A stretch of DNA of 10,450 nucleotides from Oligoflexus sp. GTDB taxonomy: Bacteria; Bdellovibrionota_B; Oligoflexia; Oligoflexales; Oligoflexaceae. Position 1 is the stretch's first letter. Each line of letters begins with the position of its first letter. The translations under genes and the position numbers were made by a program. The notes under the pieces were generated by a model. That model had not been told where the DNA came from. It did not search any database and worked only from the letters and a program-made list of their open reading frames with translations. Below are positions 8,104-10,450 of this stretch, piece by piece. The DNA is taken from assembly GCA_041736305.1 (NCBI GenBank), contig JBGSTX010000205.1, forward strand, positions 1 to 10,450. The letters run 5' to 3'.

Positions 8104-8259
8104 TGAAACCAAGAGATCAAACCTCAACCTTTGGACGATAGGAAAAACTTCCCGCCACCCGCACACAATTTTCCACGATTCACCAGGAAAACATCTTCAG
8201 CAGTCAACTGAAGTCTCAGGACCCATCTCTGCAACAGCACGATTTTCACACGATCTTTT
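8075..8259 (-). ncRNA. Candidate structured small RNA (~185 nt), family not recognised
   Basis: Bounded by its own promoter (8294-8266) and terminator (8103-8075). No credible ORF. Three local hairpins plus a closing long-range helix can be seen by eye. The ends are estimates. Confidence 0.55.
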
Positions 8260-8265
8260 TTTTAC

Positions 8266-8294
8266 ATTAAAAATCAGAGCGCCTTACTTGTCAA
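8266..8294 (-). promoter_or_regulatory. Sigma70-type promoter TTGACA-N17-TTTAAT with AT-rich upstream element
   Basis: Minus strand: perfect -35 TTGACA (8294-8289), 17-nt spacer, -10 TTTAAT (8271-8266; alternatively TAATGT with a 19-nt spacer). AT-rich AAAATATTGCTTTTTAT lies immediately upstream. Confidence 0.65.
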
Positions 8295-8313
8295 ATAAAA
8301 AGCAATATTTTCG

Positions 8314-9330
8314 CTAAGTGGGATCTGTTTCTTCCGTTCCTGGCTCACTGCGGAGACGTCGTATGACGTTGATCGCGATTAAAGTCCGTACCAAATTGGT
8401 CGGATGAAAACTGAGACTGACCTTGTCGCCCTGTTTTTTTAGCTCTATGAGATTGATCTTTTCAGCTAGGTCGATCGCTCCCTGATCAAGCGGCACCTTC
8501 ATCAGATTCTCAAATTGCTCCGCAAGAATCGTGAGATCGGTCGAGTAAGCCTTATTAGGATCTGCACCGGTCTTAGCCACGTATTCCCGCAAAGCAAAGA
8601 GTACCTTACGCTGCTTGAAGGGGATCGCTGTCTGCACCATCTTCTTAAACTTGCCGCTCCGCGAAGATCGCACAAAATCCGCGTACCACTTCAATCGCAG
8701 GGCAGCGGCCAGCGAGATCACTTCTTTATTGTGATCAGGCTCCAACTCGACCTTCATGAGACCGGTATTCTTGAAAATTTCCACCACATGGCTTAGGACG
8801 CTCGCTTCATAAGAAAGGCAGTTGCCGATGGTTAGCATGATGTCGCCCAGGAAGAGGACCTCGCGTCCATCCGCTAGGCGTTTCGCGCGAGAAGGACCCA
8901 ATTCGGCGAGGCTGTCAGCGATTTGCGTGGAAATGGTCAGCTGATCGAGGCCGCGATGCAGGAGATCGTTCTTTTCCTGCAGCGCTCGTGCGAACTGGTC
9001 GTTGATCTGTTCGAGTCGGGTGGTGAATTCCTTGAGAACCACCTGTACCCACCGTGGCAGGTTCTGCAAGGGGTCCTGGCCCACCGTCCGTGAGATGAGC
9101 TGCCCCTCCACATGGGTCCGTGCGCGGGCTGAGGCGAGCCTCTGACCAGCGTTGAAGAAGGTCAGCATCCCGATGACTTCGCCGCTGCCTTGCACCGTGA
9201 GGAGGACCTCACCGAGAGGAGTGTCCTTGAAAACCTCGACGCTCCCCTCTTTGATCATGAGCATTGAGTCGCCAAGATCGCCCTGCTTGAAGATAAGTTC
9301 GCCAGGTTCAAATGTCTTGATTATTTCCAT
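8314..9330 (-). CDS. Cyclic nucleotide-binding domain protein (Crp/Fnr-like N-terminus) with an extended C-terminal region, 338 aa
   Basis: N-terminal cNMP beta-roll pattern FEPGELIFKQGDLGDSMLMIKEGSVEV...GEVIG...RLASARA, followed by a C-helix (VVLKEFTTRLEQINDQ). RBS AAGGA upstream of ATG 9330. Confidence 0.85.
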   Translation of the reverse strand: MEIIKTFEPGELIFKQGDLGDSMLMIKEGSVEVFKDTPLGEVLLTVQGSGEVIGMLTFFNAGQRLASARARTHVEGQLISRTVGQDPLQNLPRWVQVVLKEFTTRLEQINDQFARALQEKNDLLHRGLDQLTISTQIADSLAELGPSRAKRLADGREVLFLGDIMLTIGNCLSYEASVLSHVVEIFKNTGLMKVELEPDHNKEVISLAAALRLKWYADFVRSSRSGKFKKMVQTAIPFKQRKVLFALREYVAKTGADPNKAYSTDLTILAEQFENLMKVPLDQGAIDLAEKINLIELKKQGDKVSLSFHPTNLVRTLIAINVIRRLRSEPGTEETDPT

Positions 9331-9354
9331 AGGTCTTTCCTTTTGATCAGAACT

Positions 9355-9363
9355 ATCTTAGCA
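9355..9363 (-). promoter_or_regulatory. Possible extended -10 promoter (TGc-TAAGAT) for the cNMP-domain gene
   Basis: The minus strand reads TGCTAAGAT, ending 24 nt before the ATG. The -35 match is poor (TCGAGC). Confidence 0.35.
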
Positions 9364-9436
9364 AATAGGAGCAGACGGCTCGATCCCAAGCTGAGCATTT
9401 AACCTATTCTTGAACCCCCAGCTGAGGAATTCACCT

Positions 9437-10450
9437 ATGCCACGTGATATTGTAGTTCGTTCGCCCTTCGAGCAGAGCGTCCTAGCTGAATTTTCTTTTC
9501 ACAAAGCAGCCGAAGTCGAAGAGCGCGTGCAGAGAGGCTATGCCTTAGCAGCCGCGCGTCGTCCTCTCCCAAAAGCCGAGCGTCTCCAGATTCTCGAGAA
9601 ACTAGCCGGACTCTTGGCAGAGAATGTCGAAGACCTGAGTCACCTCATAGCCCGCGAAGGTGGCAAACCGCTTAAAGATGCTAAAGTTGAGGCTCAGCGA
9701 GCTGTACAAGGCGTCAAAGCTGCCGCAGCAGCTCTCTACGAGTGGGGAGGTCATGAGATCCCAATGGGCCTCAATGCGGCCTCTCAGCATCGACTGGCCT
9801 TTACGCGACGTGAGCCGCGGGGTCTGGTCTTGGCCCTCAGCGCCTTCAATCATCCACTGAATTTAATCGTGCACCAGGTCGTGCCGACCGTTGCCGTAGG
9901 CTGTCCGGTCCTTATAAAACCGGCAGCGAAGACTCCGCTCAGCTGCATGCGTTTTTTAGAACTGCTGCAAAAAGCTGGTCTTCCCGACGGCTGGTGTCAG
10001 CTTCTCCTTATCCCGAATGATGTGACTGAAAAATTAGTGCAGGACGAGCGTATCGCTGCACTCTCGTTTATCGGCTCAGCCAATGTCGGCTGGAAGCTTC
10101 GTTCGCTGCTGGCACCTGGAACGCATTCTATGCTTGAACACGGTGGTACGGCCCCGGTGCTCGTCATGGATGACGCCGATCTCGAGCAGGCTATCGATCC
10201 TCTGGTCCGTGGGGCTTTCTACCACGCAGGTCAGGTTTGTGTGTCAGTTCAAAATATCTTTGTCCATGAGAAGCTGCTCGACACCTTTTGCGAACGCTTC
10301 AAGTCTCGCACTTTGAGTCTAAAGGTAGGGGATCCGCTCCTGCCTGATACCGACGTCGGGCCTTTGATCAAAGCAGAAGAAGTCGAGCGAGTAGAAAAGT
10401 GGGTGAACGAAGCTATCGCTGGCGGCGGCAAGGCAATTCTAAAAGGCGAA
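9437..10450 (+). CDS. NAD(P)+-dependent aldehyde dehydrogenase (RL0313/ALDH21-related subfamily), 3'-truncated by the window edge
   Basis: Absent from the ORF track because there is no stop in the window. Manual translation from ATG 9437 (RBS GAGGA at 9424-9428) gives MPRDIVVRSPF...EGGKP...REPRGLVLALSAFNHPLNLIVHQ...KPAAKTPLS...SFIGSANVG...LEHGG (catalytic Glu)...FYHAGQVCVS (catalytic Cys)...VGDPLLPDTDVGPLI. The frame is open to base 10450. Confidence 0.95.
   Translation, partial: MPRDIVVRSPFEQSVLAEFSFHKAAEVEERVQRGYALAAARRPLPKAERLQILEKLAGLLAENVEDLSHLIAREGGKPLKDAKVEAQRAVQGVKAAAAALYEWGGHEIPMGLNAASQHRLAFTRREPRGLVLALSAFNHPLNLIVHQVVPTVAVGCPVLIKPAAKTPLSCMRFLELLQKAGLPDGWCQLLLIPNDVTEKLVQDERIAALSFIGSANVGWKLRSLLAPGTHSMLEHGGTAPVLVMDDADLEQAIDPLVRGAFYHAGQVCVSVQNIFVHEKLLDTFCERFKSRTLSLKVGDPLLPDTDVGPLIKAEEVERVEKWVNEAIAGGGKAILKGE

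Noticed and set aside
7945-8166. 73-aa minus-strand ORF in the candidate sRNA region
   Set aside because: It has a GTG start with at best a weak RBS, runs straight through the intrinsic terminator and overlaps the secreted-protein gene antisense.
8197-8226. Mini-ORF MGPETSVDC on the minus strand (possible leader peptide)
   Set aside because: Nine codons, no clear Shine-Dalgarno sequence and no biased codon content. It cannot be supported without ribosome profiling.
8075-8259. 6S RNA, CsrB/Rsm-type RNA or a known riboswitch as the identity of the candidate RNA
   Set aside because: The length fits 6S, but I see no long rod pairing the 5' and 3' halves around a central bubble. GGA motifs are few and not in hairpin loops. 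Glycine, cobalamin and c-di-GMP-I consensus elements are incomplete. An Rfam search is still needed.
9331-9436. Canonical CRP (TGTGA-N6-TCACA) or FNR (TTGAT-N4-ATCAA) box near the cNMP-domain gene
   Set aside because: No adequate match found by eye here or in the other intergenic regions. Only half-sites are present.
9602-10431. Short ORF-track calls at 9602-9853, 9660-9860, 10083-10316 and 10249-10431
   Set aside because: All lie within the aldehyde dehydrogenase reading frame that starts at 9437.
1-10450. CRISPR array, IS/transposase, integrase, tRNA or rRNA
   Set aside because: No regularly spaced repeats, terminal inverted repeats, recombinase motifs or tRNA/rRNA signatures were seen.

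Overview
Bacterial window from a diderm organism. The style of the HTH/DUF4423-like and cNMP-domain proteins suggests Bdellovibrionota/Oligoflexia, which is inference only. Bases 1-6832 (+) are a compact, partly translationally coupled alpha-glucan uptake and degradation operon: a 5'-truncated MalK-type ABC ATPase, a cytoplasmic GH15 glucoamylase-family enzyme, a MalE-like periplasmic binding protein and two permeases (MalF-like, MalG-like). Next comes a coupled pair: an HTH/TIGR02147-DUF4423-like protein and a small secreted protein (6925-8057, +). On the minus strand there is an atypical cNMP-binding-domain protein (9330-8314). Divergent from it is a 3'-truncated aldehyde dehydrogenase (9437->10450) that the ORF track missed. 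The most interesting signal is in the 8058-8313 intergenic region. It holds a minus-strand sigma70-type promoter (TTGACA-N17-TTTAAT), about 185 nt with no credible ORF that can fold into several hairpins and carries internal repeats, and an intrinsic terminator. This is a candidate undescribed structured sRNA in the 3' UTR of the cNMP-domain gene. No mobile elements, CRISPR arrays, tRNA or rRNA were seen.
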